From Cycas panzhihuaensis (Eukaryota; Plantae; Cycadophyta): 64,000 bases of DNA. The notes beneath the pieces are model-generated. The model searched no databases. It was not told the DNA's origin and saw only the letters and a list, made by a program, of their open reading frames with translations. Shown piece by piece: positions 59,981-64,000 of this stretch. Within the stretch, counting starts at the first letter, position 1, and every line of letters begins with the position of its first letter. Made by a program: the position numbers and the translations under genes. The stretch lies in the NCBI GenBank assembly GCA_023213395.1, contig CM041465.1, positions 221,719,741-221,783,740 on the forward strand, in the 5' to 3' direction.

Positions 59981-62630
59981 TGTAGTTGTCTATGAAGGGG
60001 TAATTAGGGAATACATAGTAAAGATGTGGATTATAGAAATGTTATCAAGGAAGTTAACATGGAAATTTTTAATAATAAGGATTTAGAGTATTTAGTGAAG
60101 TTTGGTTAGGGATTAACCTATAAGTGATATGGAATATTTATAAGAAGGTGATGAGAGATACAAGATAAGAAATAACATAGATATATATGATCAACATAAT
60201 ATATACAAGAGGGACACGTAAGGAGTGAAGGGTAAGAAAAGAGCTTCGAAGTATGAGGAAAATATGTGATATAAGAGGGTAATAATGATAATAGATTAAG
60301 GTGAATAATTATGAGTGAAATGCATAAAGGGTGAAGATAAAGGTGAGATTAGATAAGAGATATTGGATGTAGGAGGTTGGATTTGAAATGTAAATGATGA
60401 GGAAGATAAAAAACATTTTGTAAACAAGGGAAAGGACATAAGGAATAGATTTTAAAAGATGAATGCAATCAAGTAAAATGATGCATATATAGTACAAGTA
60501 ATATTAAGGAGTGATACATGCCTAGAGGTAATTAGGAATAGATACTAAATAAGAGATTGAGGGCATGGAAAAGGTTTTATATGCATATACGTTAAGGGGA
60601 GATAAGTGAAAAACATCATAGAGAGTATTGATGAGTTATATTAAGGGGAAAGTTGGGAGGTAGTATATATGGGAATTTGATTAGGAAATATGATATATAA
60701 AGTATTGGTTGGGTAAGGAAAAAGAAAAAGAATTTGTAAATAATAGATTTATAAGGAATGAGTAGGGGATAAGAACCATGTGTTCTTTATGGGAAAGAGG
60801 TTTTGATAGGGTCATGTAAAGGTGATATATAGAGTATTGTAAATTGTTAATATGTGTTAGAATATAATGTTAATCTTTTATAATATGTCATTAACAAATG
60901 GGTTAGGTATAGGTATCTTTTATAATCCTTTATTAACAAGGGGGTTAATTATAGGTAAGTATGATAATTACCTTGCCTTTGTTGTATTAAAGAAGTTTGA
61001 TCACTATGAAATGATTGAGAAGAATTCTAATTACTCCCTTAATCAGTTTCTATCTTTGAATGTGCTTTATTGTTTTTCATGGTATCAGAGTAGGTTAGGG
61101 TTTGAAGAAAAAAGAGATTAAATAGACCAAGACTAGAGACTTTAATCTAGGTTTCAAAAGAAAGAAGGTTTGAAGAGATCAAATATTAGAGACCTCATTC
61201 AACATTGGATGTGATCCATTATCACTAAAAGAAGGATCAATTTTTTCTGAAGGAGACTTTAGTGAAAAAAGGGGGGGGGGGGGAGGTGAGAGAATACATT
61301 TAATGAAGAAAATAAAGGTAATTTTTTTTTTCATTGTGGAAGACTGTACAAATTCCACATGATTTTTTTTTTTTAAGTGTTTAGATTAGGACAAAATTTT
61401 ACTAGCCTATACATCTCAATGAGAGGACAAATCTACCCTAAAGAACTTTTCTCAAATTTTGCCAAAATTAGGCTTAGAAAAGGTGTATAGTTAATTTTAT
61501 TCCAAGTTTTTTTCCTTAAAAAATAATATTTAGATAATAAAATTGGTCTTAAATGAAAGGCCTTGTTCTGAAAAATCCATTGGTACCAAAGTTGAAGGCT
61601 TTCTATTATCATATGAGAAAATATGAGCAAAAATTCTAAAAAACTGTAAGAGTTGGTTGTACCATTTTTTGGGTATAACTTTCCAACTAGACTTCTAATC
61701 AAAGAAAAATTTTAAATTTTTGAAAGGCATTCATACAAGCTTTAATTTGAGGTATATTTTATTTTTTCCCTCTAAAATCCTAAAATCTATATAACCATAC
61801 AAATCGTGCAAGCTAGTATAAACCTAACCCATCAATTTTTTATTTTTATTTTTGTTCATAATGGCATCAATCTATTTCCTCTTAGAAAATGATAAGTTGA
61901 AAGGGAATAATTATAGTGTATGGAAAGATAAAATAAGAGTAGTTTTGATTGCTAAAGGGTCTTAGAAACTCACTATTGAAAAAGAGGATAAACTTATAGA
62001 CATTGATAAGGTTGCTATTTGTGAAGGAAACGATGGGTATGCTCTAGTTGCTATTACATTATCTACTTCATATGTTGTTCTTCCTCACATCACAAATGCC
62101 ACTAGTGTTAAGAATGCATGGACTAGATTAGCCTCAATGTTTTAATAGAAATATATGGCTAGAGTTGTGTATCTAAAAGAACAACCATGCAATAACAAAG
62201 TGAATGTAAGAGGTAATATGATAAATTTAATAACTTAGTTAGAAGAAATTTAGAGAGACTTACTTACAATAAGAGAAGAGATTAAAGACAAAGATCTTGT
62301 TTAGATCATGCTTAATAAACTTTCAAAATATTTTAAAATTTTGATTAACAACCTAGTTGTCACCAAAACAACTAATTCACTATCTTTTGAAAAACTATGT
62401 GGGCACCTTCTTCAACAAGAACAATAAGCAAAGAAATGCATAGAAGAAGAAGATCTAGGAAATGCATTTAAATCTAGAGTAAATGTGAGAGGAAAAGAAA
62501 TAACTCCACTTTGAATGAATGATGGTGAAGTTAGAAAAATGGGAAATGTTTTGTATATTCATGGTCTTAAAAAAAATCTTATTTATGTATCTCAAATGAT
62601 GAAAAAAGCATCTTCTTGATAATAATTTAC
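59981..62630 (+). mobile_element. 5' part of a Ty1/Copia element F (LTR, PBS, leader, gag)
   Basis: LTR end ..TTTCA followed by TGGTATCAGAG at 61080-61090. The LTR start at TGTAG 59981 is tentative, and no 3' LTR lies in the window. Confidence 0.7.
61861..62620 (+). pseudogene. Copia gag (UBN2-type) with a protease tail fragment
   Basis: MASIYFLLENDKLKGNNYSVWKDKIRVVLIAKG...ALVAITLSTS..VLPHITNATSVKNAWTRL...IMLNKL, then a jump to NVLYIHGLKKNLIYVSQM. Confidence 0.85.
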
Positions 62631-64000
62631 TTTCTATATGAGTGGTGTTGGTGCCTAGATCTATACTGATGGCCTAGGCCTTTAGGATGATTCCCCCACA
62701 CCCCCCCCCCCCAACTTTAAAAAGGGGTCTATGTATTAATGTACCAAATTAAAATTTTTATTTTATATAACATAGGGTGATGATCATATAATCCATATTT
62801 CAATGTATTAAATGACCATCTTTTCCCCCTTGCCTTATATTTATTTTGGAGTTTATTAATAAAAAGGTCTCTTAGTTTTTGAGGGGAGAGAAGATCCTAG
62901 ATTAGACATAAGAGAATATTCTTCTTTCTTTTATTTCTTTGGGAAAGTATGCATTATTTCTCTTTGTTTTTTTACAATAAGAAAGATTGATCAAATTTTG
63001 GGTAGGGAAGACATGGCAACCTAAGCAGACGAAAGGAAGGGAGGTGTAAAAGTCATTAGGTGAGTTGATTTCAAGCATATGTAATGATATTATTTAGAGA
63101 TACATCTACCCCTATCTGTGTCCTTGCAAAAGAGGTGTTTTGAGAATTGTGAGTAGAGATTTTACAGAGATAGAGAAGAGCCTTAAATATCCATTCATTA
63201 ATGAGAGTATTATTGAGAGTATTACTCTTCTAGTTTAGAGAACATAATGAATGTCATTTTCCATGGTTTATTCATGGAGGTACCAAGAGACTATAGAAGA
63301 TATAAAATTGTAAATGAGGACACATTATTATAGGTATTTACCCTAACATAATAATTCTTACAAAGTGACCCTAATTAGGGTTTCTAATTTGCATAGTAAA
63401 TGGAGAGAATACTTTGATGGATTTATCATTATTCCTCTACCTATTTTTCCTTGATTTGGGTTATTCTCATTCTACTAGCAGTTTTCTCCATAGCGACATG
63501 ATCCTTGAACATTCCCTTTAGGTTTGTTATTATAGAATAATTTGCAATAAGTATGAGGACCTCCTTGCCTATTATTCTTAGAACTAGTATTTCTTTATTT
63601 TCAAAAATTGTAGTCTCCTTAGTGTTAGCAACATTAGCATGACTCCACTAAGATTTTCTCTTTCAATCACCCTTATAGTTTTTCTTATGATAAATAAGGG
63701 TTTTATAATAATACGGCTTCATTAATATGTAATTTATCATTTTATATAAGAAAGACTATTAGATTCATCCTTTTATTTAGATCATGAAAATTTATTCATG
63801 AAGTACACACTATAGATACCCACATAAATATTAGATGCAAACGTTAAGTGAGGATCATATTCTTTATCTCTTAAACTTTAACCAAAAAATTATTAGCTTC
63901 TCCTACATTGTTGTAAAAAATTATGGTAAAGCCCTTGACATAAGCAAATAGACCAAACCAATAATATTGCATCAATCTAAAGAAATAGAAAGAACCTTTA

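Noticed and set aside
62640-64000. Sequence after the Copia F break, possibly another LTR or insertion
   Set aside because: No partner repeat, PBS/PPT or protein motif that I can support within the window.

Overview
This is an AT-rich, strongly CpG/CHG-depleted eukaryotic window. It looks like heterochromatin from a large plant genome; the Tat element architecture hints at a gymnosperm or other non-angiosperm (inference). I found no intact host gene, rRNA, tRNA or CRISPR array. The long ORFs in the track are translations of a ~4.1 kb (TA)n array. The window is a stack of nested, mostly decayed transposons, and many boundaries can be fixed from LTR pairs, PBS, PPT and 5-bp TSDs. In order: a minus-strand Ac-like hAT relic (1-2100) and a minus-strand chromovirus Gypsy relic (~3740-6950). 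LTR element A (7128-19864) has its 5' LTR split by Copia relic B (7275-15318, carrying the TA array). A near full-length L1 LINE (~20058-28164) has a young 1.9 kb non-coding LTR element in its 5' UTR. Copia C (29231-56834) has its 5' LTR split by non-autonomous Tat-like D (29456-54622), which is split by Tat element E (37448-51111). Further Gypsy/Copia fragments follow. Two structures stand out. (1) Element A has LTRs, PBS, PPT and TSD, but carries a BED/DUF659-type hAT DNA transposase where gag-protease-integrase should be, followed by Copia RT/RNase H remnants. (2) The small LTR element at 20224-22119 contains a ~390 bp fold-back of its own PPT+U3+R, a built-in hairpin against its own LTR family. 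All protein calls come from reading degenerate motifs by eye, not from database searches.
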